IMG/VR virus record: IMGVR_UViG_3300020000_000010
Span: 1 to 64,000 of that record
DNA: 64,000 bases
Reading direction: 5' to 3' (one strand)
DNA from: a virus
Part shown: positions 1 to 10,722 of the stretch, one piece after another
Position numbering within the stretch: position 1 is the first letter of the stretch
Layout: every line of letters begins with the position of its first letter
Position numbers and translations under genes: made by a program
Notes under the pieces: generated by a model
What the model was told of the DNA's origin: nothing
The model's database searches: none
Seen by the model: the letters and a program-made list of their open reading frames with translations, nothing else

Positions 1-1
1 A

Positions 2-628
2 CCCAAAGGAGATTTATCCTTTTATGATAAAGATAAAGGATTCTGGGCTACAAATAAGAAGGCTAGAGTGTCTTTAGGCAAGGAAGGATTAGTATTAAAT
101 CTAATGGATCTTATGGATCTTATTAAATATAAGATACTTAAAGAGAATAAAACTATAGCTCCTTCTTGGGCTGAGAGATTTAATTCAGGTAGTTATAAAT
201 TTGCTTTGGTAGATGAAGATGAAAAATCTAAAGAAAGCAATACAAAATATGAGTTAATGAAAGAAGTTTATGTTAACTTCGGAAAGATGGAATCTTCTGC
301 TAGAAAAATGCAAAATGTTCTTAAATTATACGGTAAAAAAACTACTAATATGGATCTTGATTTCTTAAGAGGAGAGGTTCAAAAGCTTATTGATAAAGAT
401 GCTAAAGAATTTGTAAAAATCGTATCTGATAAGCATTTTAATATGAAAGTATTAATTGAGGAAGGGTTGGCAGTAAGAGCAATAGAAAGAAACTCTAGTA
501 AAGCTTATGTGCTTGCAGGAGGAGATCTAATTGGTAGAACTTTACAAGAAACTATTGAATGGATGGAAAATCCTAGTAATTCAGATATCGTATTAAAAAT
601 CAAGGCACAAATTGAAAATAATGTATAA
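2..628 (+). CDS. Conserved crAss-like protein normally found just after the major capsid gene (5' truncated by window edge)
   Basis: Frame is open from base 2 (PKGDLSFYDKDKGFWATNKKARV...), so GTG68 is internal. FW...L..LIKYKIL..N..IAPS pattern and position ahead of the ring gene. Confidence 0.6.
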   Translation, partial: PKGDLSFYDKDKGFWATNKKARVSLGKEGLVLNLMDLMDLIKYKILKENKTIAPSWAERFNSGSYKFALVDEDEKSKESNTKYELMKEVYVNFGKMESSARKMQNVLKLYGKKTTNMDLDFLRGEVQKLIDKDAKEFVKIVSDKHFNMKVLIEEGLAVRAIERNSSKAYVLAGGDLIGRTLQETIEWMENPSNSDIVLKIKAQIENNV

Positions 629-630
629 TA

Positions 631-1350
631 ATGACTAATCAGGCCTTTTTAGACTATTTCTATAATCAACTAAATAAAGTAAGAACTCTACAAGGGCCAG
701 GATACGACCCTTTAGAGATCTCTTTATTTGCTTCAGAAGCTCAAGAACTTCTTGTTTTAACTAAATATAATCCTAGTTCTAATACAACTAAAGAAGGATT
801 TGAAGAAACAGAAAAGAGACTTCAGGATATAGGAAATTTAGTTCAGAATGCTTTAATTATTCCTGGAGCTAATATTCCTGAAAATATGCCTAACGGAGTA
901 TTCGTAGATCTTCCTAATACCTTATTAATAGATCCTACAGATTATTCTAATGTGTTCTGGTTAACTATATTTGAACAAGCAGTAACCTCACAATTAGATT
1001 GTACTAATAACCCTTTAAGGGTTAATATCTATGAGATTAATCATGGAGAATATGCAGAACTATTAAAAGATCCTTTCAATAAACCTTCTAAAGAGAGGAT
1101 TTGGAGAATGAGAGTGGGTAATAATAGGCATGAGTTAATAACAGATGGTACTTATAGTATTAGTGGTTATCATGTAAGGTATATAAGAAAACCAAGACCT
1201 ATAGATTTAACAGGATTGGCTACTACTAGTGTATCAGAATTAGCAGATATTACTCATAGAGAGTTAGTTAGAAAAACAGTAGAGTTAGTATTAGACGATA
1301 CTGAAAATAGAACAAGGATAGCAATAGAGGCTTCTAAAAGGAAAGAATAA
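631..1350 (+). CDS. crAss-like ring / head-tail adaptor protein
   Basis: MTNQAF...PGY...EISLFASEAQ N-terminus; YHVRYIRKPRPIDL and ELADITHRELV C-terminus; synteny. Confidence 0.6.
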   Translation: MTNQAFLDYFYNQLNKVRTLQGPGYDPLEISLFASEAQELLVLTKYNPSSNTTKEGFEETEKRLQDIGNLVQNALIIPGANIPENMPNGVFVDLPNTLLIDPTDYSNVFWLTIFEQAVTSQLDCTNNPLRVNIYEINHGEYAELLKDPFNKPSKERIWRMRVGNNRHELITDGTYSISGYHVRYIRKPRPIDLTGLATTSVSELADITHRELVRKTVELVLDDTENRTRIAIEASKRKE

Positions 1351-1384
1351 GCTATAATAACAAAAAATTGAGTAAAAAACAAAT

Positions 1385-1415
1385 ATAAAGGTATCAAATA
1401 TATATATACCTTTGT
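1385..1415 (+). promoter_or_regulatory. Bacteroidota-type -7 element (TACCTTTG, 1407-1414) inside an imperfect inverted repeat
   Basis: ATAAAGGTAT (1385-1394) pairs with ATACCTTTGT (1406-1415). No TTTG at the -33 spacing. Confidence 0.4.
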
Positions 1416-1466
1416 ATTATAATTAAGATAATTAACAAAAATTATAAATTAAATTAAAACAAACAA

Positions 1467-3053
1467 ATGAATTCAGTAAACAATCACACACAATTATTGA
1501 TTGGAAAGAACATTGCTAGAACTGGTGGGACAACAGGTTTAGCTGCAACAGTAGTAACTCCTTCAGTCCTAGCAGTAGGTGAGGTTGTAGTAACAGATGT
1601 TGATGGAACTATTCTTGATGAAAGTACAGTAGCTAGTAAAACAGCAGTAGTTTTAGTTCAAGGACAAGGGCCAACCCTTCCTCTTATTAAGTCTGGACAA
1701 ATTCAAAAAGCAACTGTACAAAGTTATAGAGCTAAAGCCTTTTCTAATGGTTTAGAACAAGTAGAATTTATTGGTTATAATCCAGTAGCTGCTTCAGGAG
1801 CTATTGATGTAATTAACTCAAACCCTTATATTCTAAGGTCTTCTTTGAGGTCTAACTTTGTTGAATTTGCAGATAAAGAAATGTTTGTAAATGCTGATTA
1901 TGTATCAGACAGTTCTGCTACTCAATCAGAAATTGCAAAAGGTCTTTGTCTATCTTTAATTAGAAATTCAGAAAGATTCCCTAATATTCCTTTTACTATA
2001 TCTAGAGTAAATGATGCTACAACTGTAACAGCTTTTACTGGAACTAGCGTAATGACTAAATTTACTAAAGGATCTAAAACAGTTTCCTTCTTTGATGCTG
2101 CTGGTGTAGCTTCAACAGGTTCTGTAACAGCAGGAGATGTAATTAATGTACCTACCTCTGGTGGGCAATCTTTTACATATAGTACCGCTGTAGATGCTTT
2201 TGATATTTTCTTAGGCACTACTTTATATTCTGTAGCAGATGCTGGTTCAGCAGATCAAAATGGAGTAGCTCAGGCTGCTGCTATTAATGCAGGAACTCAA
2301 GCATGTGCTGAATATAATTCTTCTACAGATGTAATGACTATTACCTATAATAATGGGATATTCTTACCGCCTCCTGTAGTTTATAATACTATTTCAACAA
2401 GTTATGTAACAGTAACTATAGCTACTGGTGATGCAGTACCAACTAAATATATTGCTTCTGCAACAGTTTCTGCTGCTGCAAGCTTTGAATTAGATGTTGC
2501 TTATCAGGGAGAAACAGGTTTTGTTGCCGATGGTACAGTATTAGCTACAAATACAGGTGTTGCTACAGTAATTACTGCTTGGGGTATTAAGTTACTAGGT
2601 AAAGCTAAAACTTTCCTTACCAATAGACTAAGATATGATAAAAATAAGTGGTTTTCAACTATTCAAAGTGGTGGAACTACTCCTATAGCTGTTACTACTA
2701 CTCCTAATGAAGGAACAGGTAGGTATGAACAAATTGCAGATGAGGAGTATTTTAGTGCTTTAGGAGAAGGAATGCATGATAGTGTTACTATTCAGATTCC
2801 TCCTGTAGTTGATAGGACTAATGTAGAATCTACTGGTAAATATTCTATTGTAGATCTTCGTTGGTCAGATAAACCAGGAACTTCTATTGTAGCAAATTCT
2901 ACTGCATATAAGCAAGTAAGATTAGCATGTAATAAGAATTGTGGGTTTGTAACTTCTAGCCAGTTTAATGGTAATGGTGGTACAGATACTACAGTATTAA
3001 GAGTATTAGATGCTTGGTTAACAACTTTCTCTGCTCAGGTAGGAAATATTTAA
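1467..3053 (+). CDS. Virion structural protein (crAss-like, auxiliary capsid/decoration type)
   Basis: 528 aa, T/A/G/V-rich and beta-type, followed by a strong terminator, structural-module synteny. Confidence 0.5.
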   Translation: MNSVNNHTQLLIGKNIARTGGTTGLAATVVTPSVLAVGEVVVTDVDGTILDESTVASKTAVVLVQGQGPTLPLIKSGQIQKATVQSYRAKAFSNGLEQVEFIGYNPVAASGAIDVINSNPYILRSSLRSNFVEFADKEMFVNADYVSDSSATQSEIAKGLCLSLIRNSERFPNIPFTISRVNDATTVTAFTGTSVMTKFTKGSKTVSFFDAAGVASTGSVTAGDVINVPTSGGQSFTYSTAVDAFDIFLGTTLYSVADAGSADQNGVAQAAAINAGTQACAEYNSSTDVMTITYNNGIFLPPPVVYNTISTSYVTVTIATGDAVPTKYIASATVSAAASFELDVAYQGETGFVADGTVLATNTGVATVITAWGIKLLGKAKTFLTNRLRYDKNKWFSTIQSGGTTPIAVTTTPNEGTGRYEQIADEEYFSALGEGMHDSVTIQIPPVVDRTNVESTGKYSIVDLRWSDKPGTSIVANSTAYKQVRLACNKNCGFVTSSQFNGNGGTDTTVLRVLDAWLTTFSAQVGNI

Positions 3054-3071
3054 TTAAGACTAAAAACTATT

Positions 3072-3110
3072 TAAGAGTAGATAGTCTAAAACTGTCTACT
3101 CTTATTTTTT
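3072..3110 (+). terminator. Rho-independent terminator
   Basis: TAAGAGTAGATAGT-ctaaa-ACTGTCTACTCTTA followed by TTTTTT. Confidence 0.85.
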
Positions 3111-3121
3111 AACACAATAAA

Positions 3122-3748
3122 ATGGCTTTAAGACTTGATTTTGATATTTGTACAGGTAGTTCTAAATCTCTAATATTTACAGAGAAAACAGGATTATATT
3201 CACCAGGAAATCTACTTGGTTGGGAAACCCCAAATGCTACTATAGCTTCTGCTACTAGTGCTACTTTACAAATATTTGATGGTAATAATGCTTCTTTAGG
3301 AATATTAGATCTATTTAATGATGGATTAGTAGATCCTACAGATTTAACAACAATAAATACCTGGCCTAATAGTTCTTTTGTAGAAACTGCTTTTAGCACC
3401 TATCAAGGTAAAATAGGAAATACTGATTTGGGGTTTTTATCTTCAGTAGTAATTCCTGATGGTGTTTATACGGGATTATATACAGTAGTGGCTAATGGAA
3501 TTACTTATGTAAGAACTAAGTATTTTTATCATTTTCCAACAGTTTCTTGCTGCGTAGATAAACAATTTGCTAAAATACCAGATGATACTTTTTGTTGTGA
3601 TAATTCTACAGTTACTAAAGCGCTAAAGATGAAGGCTTTATTAGATGGAATTAAACAAGCATCTGAATGCTTTAAAAAAGAGAGATTTTCAAGATTATTA
3701 ACAATATTACAAACTATCTGTTCAGGTAGCCAATGTGATTGTAATTAA
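3122..3748 (+). CDS. Cys-rich virion protein, probable tail hub/fibre-attachment protein
   Basis: Beta-type N-terminal part (IPDGVYT) plus helical C-terminus ending ICSGSQCDCN. Confidence 0.5.
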   Translation: MALRLDFDICTGSSKSLIFTEKTGLYSPGNLLGWETPNATIASATSATLQIFDGNNASLGILDLFNDGLVDPTDLTTINTWPNSSFVETAFSTYQGKIGNTDLGFLSSVVIPDGVYTGLYTVVANGITYVRTKYFYHFPTVSCCVDKQFAKIPDDTFCCDNSTVTKALKMKALLDGIKQASECFKKERFSRLLTILQTICSGSQCDCN

Positions 3749-3757
3749 AGATATAAA

Positions 3758-4546
3758 ATGAGTTGTTTAGGTTGTCAAGATTGTATAGATTTATCTCAAG
3801 GAGATCCAGGATATAATGGTTGGATGATAATTCCTGCTAACGTTATAGATGCTGTAAATTTAGACTCTAATGGAGATACAAGAGTAGTAGAACAAGTTAT
3901 TGGTTGGGTTGGAGGAACAGGCCCTACACCCACTCTATATTTAGGGCAATATTTAACAACTACAGGATTTACTACAGATATTTCCTTAGCAGTAAATAAA
4001 AGAGGTTCTTCTGGTAGTTTTAATACTACAACTTGGACTGAAACAACACCTTCTACATATTCTAATGGAACACCTCCTGTAAATACCATAGTAGCTGATG
4101 AATCTACTGGAACTTTTGATCTAACAAGTGTAACCAACACTAGTAGAATAAGATATAAGCAATTGGGTAAAACTATGCTTTTACAATATAATATAAACGG
4201 AACTATGGATATAGTAGATGCTATGGAAGTAATTTCAGTTAGATTTTTCATTAAAATACCTAATTCTAAGACTGCTAATTCTGTAAATGATAGTGGGACA
4301 TGTTTTCTTATTCCTAGTGCGGGAGATGCGTTAAATAAGAATATCTTACAAGTAGCAGGAGTAGGAGTATCTATAGCAGGATCTGGAACTACTACTGAAG
4401 ATGTGGTATATCCTAGTATGGTTAAGCCTTATGTAACAAATCCTACTTATTTAGTATCTAACTATTTTGTATTAGCAAATGCTTCAGGAGAAACTTCTGG
4501 AACATTTAATATAAGAGGAGAAATAACTTTTGAAACAACAACTTAA
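3758..4546 (+). CDS. Putative virion/fibre-associated protein
   Basis: MSCLGCQDC N-terminus; beta-sandwich-like C-terminus (RYKQLGKTM...IRGEITFETT). Confidence 0.5.
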   Translation: MSCLGCQDCIDLSQGDPGYNGWMIIPANVIDAVNLDSNGDTRVVEQVIGWVGGTGPTPTLYLGQYLTTTGFTTDISLAVNKRGSSGSFNTTTWTETTPSTYSNGTPPVNTIVADESTGTFDLTSVTNTSRIRYKQLGKTMLLQYNINGTMDIVDAMEVISVRFFIKIPNSKTANSVNDSGTCFLIPSAGDALNKNILQVAGVGVSIAGSGTTTEDVVYPSMVKPYVTNPTYLVSNYFVLANASGETSGTFNIRGEITFETTT

Positions 4547-5814
4547 TGAGTTTAAAGTATAATAGTAGAGAATCTTTAGAAAGCAAACTATCAATATTAA
4601 AATGTTGTATAGGTAGTAAAGCTATTGATGTATCTAATGCTATTGCTTTAGCTTTAGGAGATGTTGATTGTAAAATACAAGAATTAGAGATATTACAACA
4701 ATATTATGATACTTTACAATGCTACTATCCTTTTGATTGTTGGACACAAACCAATTGTACAGAAGAAAAATCTTTAGAATTACAAGGATATACTATAAAC
4801 ACCTCAAATTCATTAACTTTAGCAAGTTGGGTATTAGCGGGAAATACAATAACAATAAGAATGTATAATATTCTTACTAATCAAGTAGTTAATGTAAATT
4901 GGCCTTATAATTCTTTTGATAAGATGCTAGAAGTTTTACAATTTTTTGCAAATTATATAAGACCTATTTCAAGTACTTTCGGATATACCGTTGTTAGTTA
5001 TAGATTAGATCCTCCTGGAGTACCCCCTTTTACATACTCTTATGCTTTACAGGTAGAAGATTGTAATATAGTCAACTCTCTTTGGGGATTTGATTTATAT
5101 AATGAAACAATAGATGCTTTATTACAACTAAGACAATTAACACAAGGAACTTCAACATGTGCTTGTGAAGAAACTTGTTGTAATATTAAGTTAATTCCTG
5201 AGATATTGGGTTATACTTTAGTTACTCCTCAAAGTTTAGAAACTAAAACTATTACATTAACTAATGATCAATGTTTAGATATTGGATCTGCTGAAATTGC
5301 AGGAGATGTATTAAATTTTAAAATTTATAACTTATTAAGCGGATCTTTAATAGTTCTTCCTTATATATATACTGCTCCTAGTCCCTCTGCATCAGCTGTA
5401 TTTAATGCTGGAAAACTAGCATTAGAATATATTAGAGATTATATAAATATCAATACTCAAGTTTTAGGTTATACATGCGCAGTTACTTCAGTATTTGTTA
5501 GTTCAAGTAATTGCAGCAATACTATAGTATTAACTATGAATAATTGTACTCAAGATATAGGAACTAATTTGTGGGGATTTATAGTGTATGATGTAACTAC
5601 AGATCAAAACCTAGAAACCACTAGACTAAAAGGATATACTCCTATAGGTTCTACAACTTGTCCAATATATTCTACTCAAGTAATAAGACCAGAATCTATA
5701 GAATGTATAGAAAACTGTATAACAGATATAGAAGCTGAAAAAATTGTAAGACATGCGCTATCTTTATGTGAGTGTTGTCTAGATATTGAAATTAATAATG
5801 AACCTTTTAATTAA
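4546..5814 (+). CDS. Cys-rich virion protein with a tandemly duplicated internal domain
   Basis: Coupled start (TAATG); two copies of GYT...AG...YN.L...YI....GYT...LWGF. Confidence 0.5.
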   Translation: MSLKYNSRESLESKLSILKCCIGSKAIDVSNAIALALGDVDCKIQELEILQQYYDTLQCYYPFDCWTQTNCTEEKSLELQGYTINTSNSLTLASWVLAGNTITIRMYNILTNQVVNVNWPYNSFDKMLEVLQFFANYIRPISSTFGYTVVSYRLDPPGVPPFTYSYALQVEDCNIVNSLWGFDLYNETIDALLQLRQLTQGTSTCACEETCCNIKLIPEILGYTLVTPQSLETKTITLTNDQCLDIGSAEIAGDVLNFKIYNLLSGSLIVLPYIYTAPSPSASAVFNAGKLALEYIRDYININTQVLGYTCAVTSVFVSSSNCSNTIVLTMNNCTQDIGTNLWGFIVYDVTTDQNLETTRLKGYTPIGSTTCPIYSTQVIRPESIECIENCITDIEAEKIVRHALSLCECCLDIEINNEPFN

Positions 5815-5820
5815 AAGAAA

Positions 5821-6156
5821 ATGATAGGAAAAGAGAGTGTACAGAGAGATATATTAAAAGCTTTAATAAATGATTATAGAGCTTGTGGTAACCAAACATT
5901 ATCTATAACATCTTCTGTAAAAAGTTTAACTATACCAGAAAACGCAAGATACGCATTTATTCAGGTAGAATCTACAAATACCTCAGATGCTCTTAGGTAC
6001 TGGGTAGATGGTAGCTATCCTACAGCAAGTACCGGGATAGTTAGGGGGAACTTAGATTGCTTTGACATAGTAGAAGCACAAAATCTAGTTGGATTTAAGG
6101 TAATTGCTGGTACTGGTGGAGGAACTACTCACATTAATGTACAATATTATAAATAA
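5821..6156 (+). CDS. Small virion protein (beta-sandwich)
   Basis: 111 aa, LRYWVDGSYPTASTG motif, structural context. Confidence 0.45.
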   Translation: MIGKESVQRDILKALINDYRACGNQTLSITSSVKSLTIPENARYAFIQVESTNTSDALRYWVDGSYPTASTGIVRGNLDCFDIVEAQNLVGFKVIAGTGGGTTHINVQYYK

Positions 6157-6192
6157 TTAACTAAATATAAACAATTAAATAAATATAAAAAA

Positions 6193-7458
6193 ATGAGTAT
6201 AGTAAAACCAAAAGAAAAAAACCGACAGGGCTTAGGAAATTTACCAGAATATTTACCAGCATACTGTGGTGATTTTGATGATATAGTAGATCAACTAAAT
6301 AGCATAGTAGATGGTACTGGAAATCTAGAAGTAAATAATTTAGTAGTAGATGGGACATTTACAGCTAATGGAGAAATAGTATTAGGAAGTAGTGCAGCAG
6401 ATACTTTAACAGTAAATGCAACAGTAGTTAACTTCTCTGGAGCTAATGCTCTTATCTTTGAAGGAGCTACAGCAGATGGATTTGAAGCAATTCTATCATT
6501 TACTGATCCTACGGCAGATAGTACATATACAGTTCCTAATGTAGGAACTAGTTCTTTTGTTATGACAGTAGGAACACAATCTATAGCAGGAGTAAAAACA
6601 TTCTCTGATACTACAGATGCTTCTTCAAGCACAGCAGGAGGTACAATATTATCTGGTGGATTAGCAGTAGCTAAGAAACTATATGTTGGAACAGATACAA
6701 ATTTAGCAACAGTTTCTGGAATAACTACAGTAGGTAGTACAACTCCTACAACAACTTCTGCTTTAGGAGTATTTACAGTAGCTAATGCAACAGATTCTTC
6801 TTCCTCAACCACAGGTTCTACTATTGTAACAGGGGGTTTAGGAGTTGCTAAAAAGCTTTATGTAGGAACAGATACAAATCTTGCTACAGTAAGTGGTACA
6901 ACAACTATTGGAGCTACTACAGCTGCTACAATATCTACAACTGGACTAGTAACTATTCCAAATGCTACAGATGCAACGGCTTCTAGTGCTACAGCTTCTA
7001 TTCAGACTTCAGGAGGTCTAGCAGTAGCTAAAAAAGCTTATATTGGAACTCAATTGAATACTCAATCTTTAGTTAAAAGACCTGTAACTACTACAACTGT
7101 AGCAGCAGGATCTTTAATTACAGGAGCAATGATGGTAACAGGTTATATAGAAGTAACTGGTACTACTAACTCTAGTGCTTTAGATTCAGCGGCTAATATT
7201 ACTACTGCTTTAGGAACATCTCCTATAGGAACTACTTTTGATTTCTATTTAAATACTATGGGAGCTACTCCTATGACAGCAGGTAATGTGCTTACTATAA
7301 CAGCAGGAGCTAATATGCAATTTATGAAACAAATAAGTTCTGGAGATTCTGCTACTGCCTTCTTAGCAACAGTAACAGCAACTGCTGGAGTACATTCAGG
7401 ATGGTTTAAAGTAACTTTTGATACAGAAACTACTTGTTCAGTACAAAGAATAGGATAA
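6193..7458 (+). CDS. Fibre protein with internal repeats
   Basis: T/S/G/A-rich; three copies of TD.SS...GGL.VAKK.Y.G. Confidence 0.65.
   Translation: MSIVKPKEKNRQGLGNLPEYLPAYCGDFDDIVDQLNSIVDGTGNLEVNNLVVDGTFTANGEIVLGSSAADTLTVNATVVNFSGANALIFEGATADGFEAILSFTDPTADSTYTVPNVGTSSFVMTVGTQSIAGVKTFSDTTDASSSTAGGTILSGGLAVAKKLYVGTDTNLATVSGITTVGSTTPTTTSALGVFTVANATDSSSSTTGSTIVTGGLGVAKKLYVGTDTNLATVSGTTTIGATTAATISTTGLVTIPNATDATASSATASIQTSGGLAVAKKAYIGTQLNTQSLVKRPVTTTTVAAGSLITGAMMVTGYIEVTGTTNSSALDSAANITTALGTSPIGTTFDFYLNTMGATPMTAGNVLTITAGANMQFMKQISSGDSATAFLATVTATAGVHSGWFKVTFDTETTCSVQRIG
6610..7047 (+). repeat. Three degenerate coding repeats (about 59-60 codons each) in the fibre gene
   Basis: GGLAVAKKLYVGTDTNLATVSG / GGLGVAKKLYVGTDTNLATVSG / GGLAVAKKAYIG, spaced about 177-180 nt apart. 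Confidence 0.8.
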
Positions 7459-7470
7459 TAATTTATAAAT

Positions 7471-8310
7471 ATGAGTTTACAATATCCAAATCCATCAACT
7501 AGAAATCTAAATTCGACTAATGCTATTAATAAAGTATTAGCGAATTTAGATGATTTAAAACCTGTTATAGATGAAATTAATTTACAAGGTACAATAGCGT
7601 ATATTGAAAGAGTTAATATGAAAGATATAGCTACTAATAGTTTAACATGGAAAGAAGGATGTTCTGCAAGTAATACAGTATCCGAATCAGTTATTGTAAA
7701 AGTTTTATCTGGAATATATCAGACAAAAAGTATTCCTGGAATTCCTGCTAGCACTATAATAGTTTTTGATCCAACAAAATTTCCAGATATTAATGGCAAT
7801 TCTCCAGATAATACTCCTTTCTTAATAAGAATAGCTTTGGGGGATGTTGATTTATATAATGAAGGAAATGCTGGATTTGCTTCTAATGTTTTATGGATGG
7901 ATTTTGTAAAAACAATTTACGAGGGTAATAGTTTTACAGTATCTATTAATGGACTCAATATGACAATTTCTGGTGGAGATGGAAGTCTTAATGGAACTAT
8001 AAATACAATAGAGACTAGAGGCGCAGATGCTGGAGGATTTACTAATTCATTAAGCTCAAGTCCTGCTTTTTCAGGAGGAATAGATCCTCTTTCAACAGAT
8101 TTTGGTTTAAAAATGAATGGAGTAACTATTTTAGATGCTTCTGGTTCTACTGTTTCTTCTAGCATTATAGGATTAGATATAACAAAGATATTTTCTTCTA
8201 TTATAAGACCTTTTATTTTAGATAGATCTGGAGATTGGACTTTTCCTATTACAACAGGAACAGAAGAGGATTTTATATTAAGTATTTACATTAAAGGAAA
8301 ATCTATATAA
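7471..8310 (+). CDS. Fibre/decoration protein
   Basis: N-terminus resembles that of 6193; lies in the fibre array. Confidence 0.45.
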   Translation: MSLQYPNPSTRNLNSTNAINKVLANLDDLKPVIDEINLQGTIAYIERVNMKDIATNSLTWKEGCSASNTVSESVIVKVLSGIYQTKSIPGIPASTIIVFDPTKFPDINGNSPDNTPFLIRIALGDVDLYNEGNAGFASNVLWMDFVKTIYEGNSFTVSINGLNMTISGGDGSLNGTINTIETRGADAGGFTNSLSSSPAFSGGIDPLSTDFGLKMNGVTILDASGSTVSSSIIGLDITKIFSSIIRPFILDRSGDWTFPITTGTEEDFILSIYIKGKSI

Positions 8311-9179
8311 TGAGCAATATAGCAAGAAATAAAAGAATATTTACAGAGTTTACTGATCTATCAGGATTAGGAGTTGTTGGAATACCAGGAACAGAGAATA
8401 GAATAGCAAAATTCTCTTTAATAGGATTAACTTCTTCTTCTTTATTTGATAATGGTTCTACTATTACTTTAGACTCTGGAAAACAAGTTACTAGTGAATC
8501 AGGAGTAGCAGTACTTGATTTTGGAACTACAGGTTCTGAAATTTGGAGTTTAGATGCTGATTCTAATTCTTATGGAAAAGCCTGGGTTTATGGTGATGCT
8601 AATTCTGCACAACTAGGGTATAGTAATATAAGTCTTGTATCAGTAGATAATAGTCAAGTAGCTTTAAGTTCAACAGATGGAGTAACTATTTCTTCTTTTG
8701 CTATAACTAAAAGCGGTCAATTAGGACTATCCCTTACAAATGGAGTAAAAGGAATATCTATGGATTGTGATTTAGATAGTCTAATAACAGGGAATGCTTC
8801 TCATACTCAATTAGAATTACTTAATAATAGTGCAGGAAATAAAACAACAGGAAATACTACCAAATATGCTAGTTCCTTAGGTTCTCAAAACTCTACTTTA
8901 GCTTCTGGAGTAATAAATTCTGTAATATTAGGAGGTACTGGATTATACGGTAAAACTAATAATACAGCTTATGTAAATCAAATAGGTTATGCTAATGGGG
9001 CTACAAATGAAACTTTATTAGCTTTTACAGCTCCTACAGGAAATAGAACTATTACTTTTGAAAATGCTTCTGGTAGAGTTCTAACAGGAAATGCAGTAAC
9101 TACTGAAGTAGTTATTTCAGATACTACTATAAGTATAGTATATAATGGTATTTCATATAAATTACTAGCACGTGCATAA
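8310..9179 (+). CDS. Fibre protein
   Basis: GTENRIAKF...SSLFDNG and TAPTGNRTITF segments; G/S/T-rich. Confidence 0.55.
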   Translation: MSNIARNKRIFTEFTDLSGLGVVGIPGTENRIAKFSLIGLTSSSLFDNGSTITLDSGKQVTSESGVAVLDFGTTGSEIWSLDADSNSYGKAWVYGDANSAQLGYSNISLVSVDNSQVALSSTDGVTISSFAITKSGQLGLSLTNGVKGISMDCDLDSLITGNASHTQLELLNNSAGNKTTGNTTKYASSLGSQNSTLASGVINSVILGGTGLYGKTNNTAYVNQIGYANGATNETLLAFTAPTGNRTITFENASGRVLTGNAVTTEVVISDTTISIVYNGISYKLLARA

Positions 9180-9181
9180 TA

Positions 9182-10720
9182 ATGTTAGCAACTTATGGTA
9201 CTAGATTTCCTAATCTATATTCTGCTCTAGGATTATCTAGTGATACAAAACCTATATCTTTAGTTGATTATTCCTCTTTTAGAGAAATAGATACTGATAA
9301 ACTTTTCATAAGTCTTTCTGGAATCTGGACTTTAGTAAATAATCCAGGTTATGTTAATTCTGTTTCTGGTACATTAAATAGAATATTAATAACAGGTACT
9401 ATTGCTAATCCAATAGTTGATATATCTCCAAACTACGTAGGACAATCTAGTATTACAACATTAGGTACAATAGGATCTGGTACTTGGCAAGGAACGGCTA
9501 TTACTGATACATATATCTCTTCTGCAAGTACTTGGAATGCTAAAGAATCAGCTTTAACTTTCTCTACAGGACTAACAAGAACCACTAATACTATAACTAA
9601 TACTTTATCTATAGGAATATCTGGAGGACAATCGGTTATAGGTGGGACAGCAGTTGGAGATATTTTAACTATTAAAGGTACTACGGCTAATGGTACTTCT
9701 ACAGTTGGAGCTTTATCTTTTGCTGTAGGTAATAATGGTACAACTATTGCTGCAACTATGTATAATAGTGGAAATATAAATATAGGAAATGCTAGTAATA
9801 CAAATGCTAGATTATTTAGAGTTGGTCAGGATACAGCTATAGTAGATATAGGAAGTAATCAAGGCAGCACAGGGAGTGGTGCAATATATTTTAATGCAAC
9901 AACTCCTAGTTCAACTAATTATGCAATACAAGGAACTTCTACTACAACTAGTGTAAATGGCCCTACAACTAGTATTGATTATAGAATTGCTGGTACAGTT
10001 AGGTATTTAATGACAAATTTCGCTCATACATTTACTGTTGCTGGGTCAGGTAGTGTTGTAACTCAATATAGTTTTACTGGTATTGCAGCTAATGCACTTA
10101 CAGCTTCTACAGAAACGGTAGGAGCTAATTTTAATTTTGCTCAAAATCTTCAACATGCAACTGGTGCATTAGCTTTGAATAGAGATGTGCTTATTCAAGC
10201 TAGAACACATGCTGCTATAGCTGCTAGTACTATTACAGATGCTGCAACATTAGGTATAACTAGTTCGCCATTTAGTAATACCAATGTTACTATAACAAAT
10301 TCTCATGGAATATTAGTTCAAACAGCTAATGTTCAAACAGCAGGAGCGGTTACTAATTCTTATGGAATCACTGTTAACGCAATGACTGGAGGAACAAATA
10401 ATTACTCTGCTCAATTTTTAGGTGGTTCTCTCTTAACTAATTCAGATTTCAAATTAACTACTGCTGGTAATGGAATATACGTTAAACAAGGAACTAATGC
10501 TACATGTGGAAGAGCAACCTTAACAGCAGGTACAGTAACTGTAAGTACCACTAAAGCTACTTCTACTTGTGAGATTTTTTTAACAGATAGAGGAGGAACA
10601 GTTACAAACTTAGGAACAGTATATATTTCAGCAGTTAGTTCTGGAACTAGTTTTACTATAACAAGTACAAATATATTAGATGCTAGCACTATTAGCTGGC
10701 TAATAATTGAAGCAGCATAA
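9182..10720 (+). CDS. Tail/head fibre protein
   Basis: SITTLGTIGSGTWQGTAI and LTFSTGLTRTTNTIT fibre segments; C-terminal GRATLTAGTVTV...SFTITST...WLII domain. Confidence 0.65.
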   Translation: MLATYGTRFPNLYSALGLSSDTKPISLVDYSSFREIDTDKLFISLSGIWTLVNNPGYVNSVSGTLNRILITGTIANPIVDISPNYVGQSSITTLGTIGSGTWQGTAITDTYISSASTWNAKESALTFSTGLTRTTNTITNTLSIGISGGQSVIGGTAVGDILTIKGTTANGTSTVGALSFAVGNNGTTIAATMYNSGNINIGNASNTNARLFRVGQDTAIVDIGSNQGSTGSGAIYFNATTPSSTNYAIQGTSTTTSVNGPTTSIDYRIAGTVRYLMTNFAHTFTVAGSGSVVTQYSFTGIAANALTASTETVGANFNFAQNLQHATGALALNRDVLIQARTHAAIAASTITDAATLGITSSPFSNTNVTITNSHGILVQTANVQTAGAVTNSYGITVNAMTGGTNNYSAQFLGGSLLTNSDFKLTTAGNGIYVKQGTNATCGRATLTAGTVTVSTTKATSTCEIFLTDRGGTVTNLGTVYISAVSSGTSFTITSTNILDASTISWLIIEAA

Positions 10721-10722
10721 AT

